Below are positions 1-8,270 of a stretch of 64,000 bases of DNA, piece by piece. The stretch is from assembly GCA_963701855.1 (NCBI GenBank), contig CAVPBK010000009.1, positions 96,001-160,000 on the forward strand, written 5' to 3'. Within the stretch, counting starts at the first letter, position 1, and every line of letters begins with the position of its first letter. Source of the DNA: Nitrospirota bacterium (GTDB lineage Bacteria; Nitrospirota; Nitrospiria; Nitrospirales; Nitrospiraceae). Below the pieces are notes generated by a model, which ran no database searches, was not told the DNA's origin, and was given only the letters and a program-made list of their open reading frames with translations. The position numbers were made by a program, and so were the translations under genes.

Positions 1-118
1 TCACGGACGAGATCGAATACATCACAACAAAAAAGGCAAAGAGCAGCGTGATGAAGTCCGCATAGGACACAAGCCAGCGTTCGTGGTTTTCTTGTTCCTC
101 GTGTTTTTTCTTGGCCAT
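1..118 (-). CDS. motB: Flagellar stator protein MotB, N-terminal part (runs off window start)
   Basis: Manual translation from ATG at 118: MAKKKHEEQENHERWLVSYADFITLLFAFFVVMYSISSV, the MotB W-x-x-(S/T)YAD-x-x-TLL TM motif; directly follows motA. Confidence 0.95.
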   Translation of the reverse strand, partial: MAKKKHEEQENHERWLVSYADFITLLFAFFVVMYSISSV

Positions 119-180
119 AGCTATAGAAGGGATAGAAGTCTAAAATCCGTTATCCCGTTGCTTCCTTGCCCCCGTTACCC

Positions 181-951
181 CTATTTTTTCTCTTCTTTCG
201 TTCGTTCCGATTCCGGCAGATAGCCTTCCAGTTTTTCCTGCAAGAGGCGCGGGTTTTCGCCTTGCGCCAACCCTACGAGCCCCATAATGATCATCATGCG
301 CGAAGCCGCTTCTTCCTTCAGCTTGAATTTCATCTTGCCGGCAAGAGGAAGAAACAACAGGTTGGCCGCGCCAACTCCGTAAACGGTGGCCACAAATGCG
401 ACGGCGATGCCGCTGCCGAGCTTAGAAGGATCAGCCAGATTCTCCATAACGTGAATCAGGCCGAGTACCGCACCGATAATCCCGACGGTCGGCGCATAAC
501 CACCTGCAGCCTCCCAAACCTTAGCCGCCTTAATCCCTTCTTCCTCTTGATATTCGACATCGATCTCCATAATCTCGTGGACCACCTTCGGGTCTGTCCC
601 ATCCACGATTAATTGCACGCCCTTCCTAAAAAACGGATCGTGGATATCTTTGAGCCTGCCCTCGAGCGCGAGCAACCCTTGCTTGCGGGACACATTGGCC
701 AAATCGATGATCGTTGTGATGGTTCCCTTGTTGTCATGCTTCGGGTCCATGATGCCGAGAGTCAGCAAGGAAATCCCTTTTAGCACGACCGACAGCGGAT
801 TCTGAACGCACACGGCTCCAATGGTTCCGCCCATCACGATGACGAAGGCCGTGAGCTGCACGATCGATCCGAGATGGCCACCTTCAAGAGCCTGACCACC
901 AACGATTGACCCGAGTGCGAGGACAATTCCAACGATTGTTGCGATATCCAA
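181..951 (-). CDS. motA: Flagellar stator protein MotA
   Basis: 256 aa, four TM segments, GLLALE, APTVGIIGAVLGLI and AFVATVYG motifs. Confidence 0.96.
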   Translation of the reverse strand: MDIATIVGIVLALGSIVGGQALEGGHLGSIVQLTAFVIVMGGTIGAVCVQNPLSVVLKGISLLTLGIMDPKHDNKGTITTIIDLANVSRKQGLLALEGRLKDIHDPFFRKGVQLIVDGTDPKVVHEIMEIDVEYQEEEGIKAAKVWEAAGGYAPTVGIIGAVLGLIHVMENLADPSKLGSGIAVAFVATVYGVGAANLLFLPLAGKMKFKLKEEAASRMMIIMGLVGLAQGENPRLLQEKLEGYLPESERTKEEKK

Positions 952-971
952 TTTGTTCTAGATCCCGTTCA

Positions 972-1067
972 TTTTGCTTTGTCTTGTTTATTTGGTTGAA
1001 CGAAACTATCCTGATGAACCAAATCGATCAGAAAAACTAAACAAGCCAGATAAACCAGATAGACCAG
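972..1067. repeat. 9-mer-periodic imperfect palindrome (family A) between cheZ and motA
   Basis: G/T-rich arm, TTGGTTGAACGAAACTA core, AACCAGATA-type arm. Confidence 0.75.
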
Positions 1068-1073
1068 CGAGGG

Positions 1074-1661
1074 CTATTTGAATCCAAATTCTGACAGCAA
1101 TTCGTCCGCCAGATCCTGCTTGATCGCGGTGGACTTGGATGCTTCCAGCTGCCGAAGCATTTCACCAGCCTTCCCTTGGGCATCTGGCGCGGCGCCCTCA
1201 TGCTTCAGACCGAACACGACGACCAGCTCCACGAGCTTGCACTGGACGTCTTCGACGATGGTCACAAGTTTCTTCACCCGTTGAGCGACGAGATCCTGAA
1301 ACGACAGAGCCGTCATAATGTCCATCAAATGCTTGTCGTCCTGCGCCAACTCGTTAGCGGTCTTTTCTAGACGCGATGCGAGCTTCTGACAATCGACTGC
1401 TTCCAATGTCGATACTACTGCGGCCAGTTCTTTAGCGGCGCGGGCGCGATTATCCTGAATAATCTCGGTCAAGCGCATGACCTCCAGCGTGCCCTCTTCC
1501 GTCATCTGATTCAGATCGAGCAGATGGGCCGCCGCTTGAGGTAGCTGCGCGCTATTGGCCAACATCGGGGCTCCGATCTCAGACATTTTTCGCATGGCCG
1601 TTTCGAGATAACGGGCCAGCTCACCGAGTTCGTCGTACAGTTTGACATTGCCATTTAGCAC
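1074..1661 (-). CDS. cheZ: CheZ-family CheY-P phosphatase
   Basis: Helical protein with ALSFQDLVAQR (DxxxQ catalytic motif) next to cheY; start moved to GTG 1661, which follows a GAGGAGG RBS. Confidence 0.85.
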   Translation of the reverse strand: MLNGNVKLYDELGELARYLETAMRKMSEIGAPMLANSAQLPQAAAHLLDLNQMTEEGTLEVMRLTEIIQDNRARAAKELAAVVSTLEAVDCQKLASRLEKTANELAQDDKHLMDIMTALSFQDLVAQRVKKLVTIVEDVQCKLVELVVVFGLKHEGAAPDAQGKAGEMLRQLEASKSTAIKQDLADELLSEFGFK

Positions 1662-1700
1662 GGCAGCCTCCTCGATCGCGCAGTAGATGCTGATCAACCC

Positions 1701-1754
1701 GGTCTATCTGGTCTGTCTCGTTTATTTTGGTAAACTAAACCAACCAGATAGACC
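1701..1754. repeat. Family A palindrome between cheY and cheZ
   Basis: GGTCTATCTGGT...ACCAGATAGACC, perfect 12 bp ends. Confidence 0.8.
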
Positions 1755-1763
1755 GAGCTTGTT

Positions 1764-2144
1764 TTACTTGAAAATTTTGTTCATTTTTTCCTGTAACACT
1801 TCGGCGGTAAACGGCTTCACAATGTAATTACTCACACCCGCTTGAATCGCTTCGACAAGATTTTCCTTCTGTGCCTCCGCCGTAACCATCAAGACAGGGA
1901 TGGGCTTCAACTTGTCATCGGCACGAACAGCCCGCAACAGCTCGATGCCACTCATGACAGGCATGTTCCAATCAGAAATGATAAATCCAAATGATTCAGC
2001 CCTAAGCTTGACGAGCGCCTCTTGGCCATTTTCTGCCTCTTCGACATTCGCAAAGCCAAGTTGTTTCATGATGTTTTTCAAAATCCTTCGCATGGTAGAC
2101 ATGTCATCCACGACGAGAATTTTCATGTTCGGATCGGCCGGCAT
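1764..2144 (-). CDS. cheY: Chemotaxis response regulator CheY
   Basis: [27 protein letters not shown] motifs; ATG 2144 follows AAGGAGG. Confidence 0.95.
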   Translation of the reverse strand: MPADPNMKILVVDDMSTMRRILKNIMKQLGFANVEEAENGQEALVKLRAESFGFIISDWNMPVMSGIELLRAVRADDKLKPIPVLMVTAEAQKENLVEAIQAGVSNYIVKPFTAEVLQEKMNKIFK

Positions 2145-2178
2145 GATTGGAGCCTCCTTATAATTCTGGACCTTGGCA

Positions 2179-2345
2179 CGTAAGGCGCATCTCGTTATTC
2201 GCGCGAGACATGCGTGACTTGCGAGAAAAGCGTGACTGGTGAGGCGGGCTGAAGGCTGAGATGTTCGGATCTTCGAAACCAGCACTCAGAACCCAGAGCT
2301 CAACGCTTCGTTTCCCGCCTGTCTCGCAAGTCCTGCTTGTCTTGC
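2179..2345. repeat. Nested palindrome: GCGAGAC-type 9-mer outer arms around a CTGAAG 7-mer element
   Basis: GCGAGACATGCGTGACTTGCGAGA pairs with TCTCGCAAGTCCTGCTTGTCTTGC; inner CTGAAGGCTGAGATGTTCGGAT..CAGCACTCAG. Confidence 0.75.
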
Positions 2346-2415
2346 TACAATCCACCGACGGCGCACGTCGTCGCTCATTCCAAACAGGCGACCATCTCAG
2401 AGAAAGATATAGTCG

Positions 2416-2646
2416 TTAGCTCTGATGGGAGCGGCTGTGCATCCATTCACGAATGTCGTGACGGAGAAAGCGCCAATGCTTCCCGATCTTTGACGCCGGC
2501 AATTCTCCGACCCTAGCGAGCTTATATACGGTAGACTTGGGCACCCGAAGAAAACGGGCTACCTCCAAGACCGTCAAAATCTCGCCGTCCGTTGATGGCG
2601 TTCCGTTCGGTTGAAATATTGTTGATGCAGAAATTGTGTTGTTCAT
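2416..2646 (-). CDS. Small winged-HTH DNA-binding protein (HTH_17 / excisionase / BldC-like)
   Basis: ILTVLEVARFLRVPKSTVYKLARVGELPASKIGKHWRF is the typical HTH_17 pattern. Confidence 0.85.
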   Translation of the reverse strand: MNNTISASTIFQPNGTPSTDGEILTVLEVARFLRVPKSTVYKLARVGELPASKIGKHWRFLRHDIREWMHSRSHQS

Positions 2647-2656
2647 TGTGAATGGA

Positions 2657-2683
2657 ATATCGGCGCCACCGACAGAAAACTTA
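2657..2683 (-). promoter_or_regulatory. Sigma28 (FliA)-type promoter for the HTH gene and possibly cheY-cheZ-motAB
   Basis: TAAG-N15-GCCGATAT. Confidence 0.75.
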
Positions 2684-2721
2684 AGTCATTGCAAGTGAGT
2701 GGGATGGTGAGATGAGGGATA

Positions 2722-2791
2722 CAGGCTAAAGACCGAAGGCTGAAGTGTTCGGCTCTTCGAACACCAGCCCTCAGCCTTCGAATTTCAGTCT
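2722..2791. repeat. 7-mer-periodic palindrome (family B, CTGAAGTGTTCGG core)
   Basis: GAAGGCTGAAGTGTTCGG..CAGCCCTCAGCCTTC; same core at 2911 and 34669. Confidence 0.75.
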
Positions 2792-2956
2792 ATACAGTAC
2801 GGTTGATCATCAACCGGCAGGAAGCTGCCTTAACGGTTAGCAACAGGGATTTCGACCGCCGTGAAGCGTGAGAAGAGAGGGATGGGCAAGATGAATGCGG
2901 TTGGCTGAATACTGAAGTGTTCGGATTTTAACCTCAGACCTTCAGTCTTACCCGCA

Positions 2957-3442
2957 TTACTTAGGCTGCTGCACGACAGCCGCATACCATCCATGTCTGT
3001 CATATTCCTGGTGGCCAAGAGTCTTTGCAAACGCGATCATCTCCTGGTCGTTATTACATAATGGCCTTTTTGTCGGCCCTTATGTTCACGCATGAACGGC
3101 AAGAGGATTTCATTATTGTCGGATGCTGCAATAATGCGCATATTCTGATCCAGTCCGAAAATCGTTCACATTCATTTTCGGTAAACTGCCCCTGCAATGC
3201 GCTCGTATTCGCACGTATGGCGCCCAGTTCTTTAGATGCATTAGCCGCTTGCATGGCCAGGTTTTCACCTCGGAAGCCACCAAAGCAAACCCTTTGCCGG
3301 CATCACCAGCTCGCGCCGCTTCGATAGTTGCGTTGAGGGCAAGAAGATTGACTTGACTTGTTATTCTTTGATTCACAAACATATGCTCTTCAAACCGTTT
3401 TTCTATGATGCCTATGATGTCTTTGATATTCAGACTGCTCAT
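2957..3442 (-). pseudogene. Decayed soluble methyl-accepting chemotaxis protein (N-terminal MCP signalling hairpin, C-terminal sensor remnant)
   Basis: [29 protein letters not shown], then frameshifted pieces [38 protein letters not shown] and MIAFAKTLGHQEYDRHGWYAAVVQQPK*; at least three frame breaks and an apparent internal deletion; AT-rich. Confidence 0.8.
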
Positions 3443-3462
3443 GCTTATACCCTCTGTTAGAA

Positions 3463-3543
3463 AGTTTCTAGTTCTACGTTTCTAATTTCAGGTTCGCATT
3501 GGAATTTCCGCAATCCAAAACGGACAATTTGAAACTAGAAACT
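3463..3543. repeat. 7-mer palindrome (family D)
   Basis: AGTTTCTAGTT...AACTAGAAACT, perfect 11 bp ends; related copy at ~41626-41688. Confidence 0.7.
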
Positions 3544-3582
3544 CAAACTACCTGACGCATCACGCTTCACCAGTGCCCGGAA

Positions 3583-4191
3583 CTAGCCAGTTTGCTTGCG
3601 TCGAGTGCGCAACCGTTCGGCCTGTGCCTGAATAATGTGCCGGATCAGGTGTTCTTGATCGCCCGGAGTGAGCTGGATAAATTCCGTCGCAATGTCAAAA
3701 TTGATGCCGTCTTTGGCTTGGATCGATCGAATCACTCGCGCCGTCGTGTGAATAGGTATAAAGGGCGGCAGAATTATTTTAAGCTTCAGCGTGTCGTCGA
3801 TGGCAAAATGACGCGGCGAAAGAAACCCAATGCCGCCCCCGCTCAACGTCACATCGGCAACTTGTGCGATCGCGATTCCTTCCGGCTGCATTTTCGCAAG
3901 CTGCTTCACGATGATTTCCAACAGCCAGTCCACTTTCATAATCCAGGGAAGGAGCGAAGATTCCGCCAGCTGTTCACCGCTACGGAGCAATAAGTCCGAT
4001 GTCGGCTTGGCGATGACAGCGGAAACTGCCTCGTCGCTTGCTGACGGAATGCCTGGCGTGGGTCCCTCCGCCGGGTCGGTCAGTAGTCGGTACTCGAGGA
4101 GCACTCGATCGTCGATTCGAATCCACTCACGTCGCTCGTCCGACAAGCTTTTGGCCGCTTTGATTGATGGTGGCAACATGGTTGTATTCAT
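3583..4191 (-). CDS. PilZ-domain c-di-GMP receptor
   Basis: RREWIR (RxxxR) and TLSGGG (xxSxxG) motifs with C-terminal beta-barrel pattern. Confidence 0.85.
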   Translation of the reverse strand: MNTTMLPPSIKAAKSLSDERREWIRIDDRVLLEYRLLTDPAEGPTPGIPSASDEAVSAVIAKPTSDLLLRSGEQLAESSLLPWIMKVDWLLEIIVKQLAKMQPEGIAIAQVADVTLSGGGIGFLSPRHFAIDDTLKLKIILPPFIPIHTTARVIRSIQAKDGINFDIATEFIQLTPGDQEHLIRHIIQAQAERLRTRRKQTG

Positions 4192-4205
4192 TACCTACGA
4201 AGTCC

Positions 4206-4277
4206 GTTGTTTGGTTTGTCTGGTCTGTCGGGTTTTTTGGTTGAACGAAACTAACCAAAGAAACCAAATAAACTTGG
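4206..4277. repeat. Family A palindrome between the DGC and PilZ genes
   Basis: TTGGTTGAACGAAACTA core identical to the 972 copy. Confidence 0.75.
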
Positions 4278-4283
4278 CTCCAT

Positions 4284-5456
4284 TTATGCCGCCAGAGTCA
4301 AGACGGCTGATTCGACCGGTAACGCCTGATCCGGCACGTGGACCGCCACACGGTTTCTTCCAAGGGCTTTGGCGTCGTACAGCGCCGAGTCGGCCGCCGC
4401 AATCCAGTCGAACACGGAGCGAATGGTCACGTCAGGGATGTGGGCGATGCCGATGCTGGCAGTCATCCGCACGCTCCCTTCGCCCGCTTCAAATGCCCGA
4501 CATTCAATCTGCCGGCGCAGCCGCTCTGCCAATACCAGTGCTCGAGCAAGATCGGTATGGGGAAGGACGACCCCGAATTCTTCCCCGCCATATCGACCGA
4601 TCGCATCGATATCGCGCACTGCCCTTCGCATTAAGGCCGCCATACTCGTGAGCACCTGATCCCCTGCGAGATGGCCGAGCTGGTCATTGACCACCTTGAA
4701 ATAGTCCAAGTCCACAAGAAGAAAGCAAGCAGATGCGCTGTAGCGAGAACCTGCTCTAAACTCACGCGCAAGAACCTCCTCAAGCGCCCGGCGATTTAGC
4801 ATTCCGGTTAAGCTGTCTCGCAAGGCCAGTTCTTGGATCTGCCTATGGGTATCGGCATTCCGGAATGCCAATGAGAGCGACGTCCCCACGGTCGACAAGA
4901 CATGGAAATCAGCTTCGGTAAACGTGCCCTGCCTGCGTTCGAGATGAAGCAATCCTTGTTTATCTTGGGTGATGGTCAATGGGATTGTCATGGTGTGACG
5001 GTCTTCTCCTAGGATGGGAAAAGATGATAGTGGCGTGCAGTCTTCCCCCGACACAACCCCAGCCTGGGCCAGGTGCAGGGACTGTCGGACATGCGCCACA
5101 GGATTGGCACCTTCAGGAAAACGACGGAGCAACCGCTCTCGAACCTGTATTTCCTCACGGTTGAAGACTGGCGAGCGAGACCAGGTCTTGACCCGATGCG
5201 GCTCTGTACGGACAAGCCCAATAATGTCCAAAGGAATGAGAGTGGCGAGTCCGGTGAAAAGAGACTTAACGATGGTTTCGCTGTCCAGCGAGCCGGTCAA
5301 TACTTGTGTCAGATGATTGAGAGCCAAAAGATTCCGGCTCCATTGTTTGAGCGCGTCGCGCTCGCCGGCGAGCAGATCGTTTGATTGCGCGAGTTCCTGT
5401 GAAAGATTGCGCACGGCGCGGAGTTCAGCTTCGAATTTGGACGTCCTGTCCTTCAT
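4284..5456 (-). CDS. Diguanylate cyclase (coiled coil, GAF-like, GGDEF)
   Basis: DSLTG, DLDYFKVVND, GHLAGD, RDID I-site and RYGGEEF active site all intact. Confidence 0.92.
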   Translation of the reverse strand: MKDRTSKFEAELRAVRNLSQELAQSNDLLAGERDALKQWSRNLLALNHLTQVLTGSLDSETIVKSLFTGLATLIPLDIIGLVRTEPHRVKTWSRSPVFNREEIQVRERLLRRFPEGANPVAHVRQSLHLAQAGVVSGEDCTPLSSFPILGEDRHTMTIPLTITQDKQGLLHLERRQGTFTEADFHVLSTVGTSLSLAFRNADTHRQIQELALRDSLTGMLNRRALEEVLAREFRAGSRYSASACFLLVDLDYFKVVNDQLGHLAGDQVLTSMAALMRRAVRDIDAIGRYGGEEFGVVLPHTDLARALVLAERLRRQIECRAFEAGEGSVRMTASIGIAHIPDVTIRSVFDWIAAADSALYDAKALGRNRVAVHVPDQALPVESAVLTLAA

Positions 5457-5656
5457 GATATTTGAAAATCCTTGCGCTATCTGTTAGTTATGCGCATAAC
5501 ATTATTTATTAGATGAGTATGTATGCATGTGCTCTTTCCGTTGGGAAAACGAAATCTGATTCTCTCCCTGATGCCAGACTTGATCAGCGTACTAAACCCG
5601 CTACCTTCCTTCGCCATGACTACAGAAAGTTGTCCTCGCCTTTCGGGGAAGAAAAA

Positions 5657-5986
5657 TTATGCCAGTTGGTCCATGAGAGGGCGCTCTTTTTCACTCAGCC
5701 CCTGCCAGGACCGTAACCCCAGAAGATTCCGCCGGACCTTGGCTGTCTCGATCAGCAACGATTCGACCGCCGCACGTGCATTCACAAGTCGCGCTGCAAC
5801 CTCCAGGTCCAACGCTGTCAAATCTGTCGCGAGCGCCGGAGGTATCGGTTGGTCCCGGAGATGCATTCCCCGCAGCCGGTAGCACTCTCTAACCTTATCC
5901 CACAGTCCGAGCACCGCAGCCTGCCTGGCCTGTTCCGTCACATTGCGCAAGTCCCGCTCCCAGATTGTCTCGCTCGATGGGCTCAT
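5657..5986 (-). CDS. FliT-like small helical protein
   Basis: 109 aa helical ORF directly after fliS, at the usual fliT position; weak sequence evidence. Confidence 0.5.
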   Translation of the reverse strand: MSPSSETIWERDLRNVTEQARQAAVLGLWDKVRECYRLRGMHLRDQPIPPALATDLTALDLEVAARLVNARAAVESLLIETAKVRRNLLGLRSWQGLSEKERPLMDQLA

Positions 5987-5987
5987 C

Positions 5988-6398
5988 CTAGCCTCGCGAC
6001 AAGGACATCAGCTGGTTCTGCTGCTGAGCCACAATGTGCCAGGCTCCGCGCATTTCCTTCAGGCATCGTAGCGGGCCGTCGAGATGGCGGGCATCGTTGT
6101 GCAGGTTGGCCTGCGTCATCTCCGAGAGCATGTAGTCGTAGAGACGATACAGCGACGTTGCGATCTCACCGCCTCGCTCGAAGTCAAGGACGCTGGATAG
6201 TTCACTGACAATGCCCACGGCTCGCCCCAGAAACCGAGCCTTGTCAGGCTGATGCTGTCGGGTCATCCCGTCACTCGCGAGTTCGATCGCCTGAATGGCG
6301 GAATCGTACAGCAGAACAATGAGTTGGACGCCAGAGGCGGTCAACACCTGCGTGTGTCGATAGTGGGTAACGGCAGCTGTGGGTGATAAAGTGTTCAT
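5988..6398 (-). CDS. fliS: Flagellin export chaperone FliS
   Basis: LIVLLYD, LDFERGGEIA, LYRLYDYM, AW motifs. Confidence 0.95.
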   Translation of the reverse strand: MNTLSPTAAVTHYRHTQVLTASGVQLIVLLYDSAIQAIELASDGMTRQHQPDKARFLGRAVGIVSELSSVLDFERGGEIATSLYRLYDYMLSEMTQANLHNDARHLDGPLRCLKEMRGAWHIVAQQQNQLMSLSRG

Positions 6399-7795
6399 TG
6401 TTTTCCCAGTGTGGTTAGAAAGTTGGTCTGCCCTTGCAGCTGGCTCAGTAAGCTGTCGAGTTGTGCATACTGGATCTTGAGTCGTTCTTCATAGGCTGAT
6501 ATGGCCGTTTCTTTCCTACTAATCTGGTCTGTCAGACTATTGATTTGACTGGTGAGTGTATTCTTGCGGCCCGTGAGCGAGCCTGAGACGACGTCATCGA
6601 TCGCATCAATGGCCTGGCTGACGCGCTGGGCGACACCGGTCGCGGTACCCTGGTTGCTGAAGAGCGATTTGACAGCGCTGTAGTTGGTGCTCAATGCGCT
6701 AGTGAGCTTGGCATTATCCAAAGTAATCGTGCCGTCACGATTGGTTTGAAACCCGATCTCACCTACCGACCCAAAGGGGGTCAGCCCGCCGACAGAGCCG
6801 GAGAGCGCCTGTCGGATTTGAGACAGGAACCCTTTCACGCTGGTCTCATTGTACAAAATCGCCCCTGTTTTGGTCGTCACGTCGTAGGCCGTTTCCTTGC
6901 CCACGAAGGTCACAATGTCGTTATAGGCCTTCACAAAATTCTGGATGTTAGCCGCCACCGCGCTGTTATCTGGCGTCACATTGACGGAGACTGCGCTGGT
7001 TCCTGTTGTTTTGGTGAGCGACAGAGTGACGCCTGGAATCGCGTCCGTGATCACGTTGCTGCTACGGTGCAAGGTGACAGGGTTCTGTGTCGGGTCGCCC
7101 AAGATGGCGATGGCGTCCTGCGCAGCCTGCAAGGTATCGACGCCTCCACTGCCGCTGCCGTTGGCAAAATCCAATGTGGTACCGTCGGCCACGACTGTCA
7201 CGCCATTGCTGGCTCCCGAAGCGGTGGCCGTGAGAATCAAGCGATAGGCCGGCGTGGTCTCACTGCCTGCATTCACAATCGACGCGGTCACCCCGGTGCC
7301 TAAGTCGTTAATCCCCGTTCTCAGGTCTTCAATGGTGGCCGAATCACCTAATGTGACAGTCTGGTCGGGTCCTGATCCTGCGCGGAAGGTAAACGTGCCC
7401 GACGCGCCGTTGACGATATCCGTGGAGAGGCTGGCAACGGCTGTGGCCGCCTTGTTGGTGATCTGATGCGACTGCGCCAATTGCGTCACCTGGACGAGAT
7501 AGGACCCTGCTGAGGCAGTCGATGCTGCAGTGGCGGTCAAGGTGGTCGGATCTGAAACAGTCGCGGTCGCTTGATCGAAGGCGGTCGGCAATGCCAAGGA
7601 GGCTGCTGCCGTTTGCAAGGCCAGGAGTTTGTCGTTCACCGCTCCGTAGTCCGTCAGTTTGGACTGCAACGCCGCTTTGTCCTGATTGAGTTGATCGATG
7701 GGTTGATGTTCGATCGCGACCAGTTGAGTGATTACCTGACTAAAGTCTACGCCGTTCCCCAATCCCCCAAACGAAATCGATGATGAAGATGCCAT
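6395..7795 (-). CDS. fliD: Flagellar filament cap FliD
   Basis: FGGLGNGVD N-terminus, V.QLAQ, SN.ITDAIPGVTL, FVKAYN, C-terminal coiled coil. Confidence 0.95.
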   Translation of the reverse strand: MASSSSISFGGLGNGVDFSQVITQLVAIEHQPIDQLNQDKAALQSKLTDYGAVNDKLLALQTAAASLALPTAFDQATATVSDPTTLTATAASTASAGSYLVQVTQLAQSHQITNKAATAVASLSTDIVNGASGTFTFRAGSGPDQTVTLGDSATIEDLRTGINDLGTGVTASIVNAGSETTPAYRLILTATASGASNGVTVVADGTTLDFANGSGSGGVDTLQAAQDAIAILGDPTQNPVTLHRSSNVITDAIPGVTLSLTKTTGTSAVSVNVTPDNSAVAANIQNFVKAYNDIVTFVGKETAYDVTTKTGAILYNETSVKGFLSQIRQALSGSVGGLTPFGSVGEIGFQTNRDGTITLDNAKLTSALSTNYSAVKSLFSNQGTATGVAQRVSQAIDAIDDVVSGSLTGRKNTLTSQINSLTDQISRKETAISAYEERLKIQYAQLDSLLSQLQGQTNFLTTLGKQ

Positions 7796-7812
7796 AGCCT
7801 CAGCTCACTTGT

Positions 7813-8172
7813 TTACGCATGTTTACGGACCAAGATACCCTTCGGTTCATCGAGATGCTTGGCCAGGTCTAGAAGTTCCTGCGTTGGAATCTGGCGAATG
7901 ATCTCTCCGGATTCCCCGTTGCGAATCTTGACCACCGCCTTGTGCAAATCAGGATCGATCTCGATCTCCAGGCTGGACGTGGTTCCACGAAGCACGTCCT
8001 TAATGCGAGCCGCTGCCTGCTCCACCTGGTCCCTCGTCGGCGTCGATACTGGAGTAGCCGCCCTGGGGTCGGCTTCCACCTTGCGGTCCTCCTCGCGAAC
8101 GGGCTTCGCAGCATTCTCTGGCTGGCACTGAGGAAAATCATAACCTTGAGGCGGTCGAATGTTTTGGACCAT
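7813..8172 (-). CDS. flaG: Flagellar protein FlaG
   Basis: SGEIIRQIP.QELL motif; between fliC and fliD. Confidence 0.9.
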   Translation of the reverse strand: MVQNIRPPQGYDFPQCQPENAAKPVREEDRKVEADPRAATPVSTPTRDQVEQAAARIKDVLRGTTSSLEIEIDPDLHKAVVKIRNGESGEIIRQIPTQELLDLAKHLDEPKGILVRKHA

Positions 8173-8216
8173 AGATGCCTCCCTGGATGCCGTGCTCCCT
8201 CATCGTCCGCCGGAGG

Positions 8217-8241
8217 CCCAGCCGCCGGTGAGGCGGCTGGG
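8217..8241 (-). terminator. GC-rich hairpin after fliC (no U tract: mRNA stabiliser or partial terminator)
   Basis: CCCAGCCGCC-ggtga-GGCGGCTGGG, perfect 10 bp stem. Confidence 0.5.
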
Positions 8242-8270
8242 TGATGGCTCCGGTGGAGCGATGTGTCGAT

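Noticed and set aside
2145..2285. N-terminal extensions in the ORF track (cheY, and similarly fliM, fliP, fliI, flgK, DegT)
   Set aside because: They overlap repeats or upstream genes; better starts with RBS or stop/start overlaps exist downstream
2416..2646. Excisionase as a sign of a prophage or ICE
   Set aside because: No integrase, att-site tRNA or phage genes; the gene has a flagellar promoter motif
5590..5656. GAAA-tetraloop hairpin and GGTAGCGGG upstream of the DGC, resembling a c-di-GMP-I riboswitch
   Set aside because: Lacks the GGCAAA / GACGCAAA core and a convincing second stem; would need an Infernal hit
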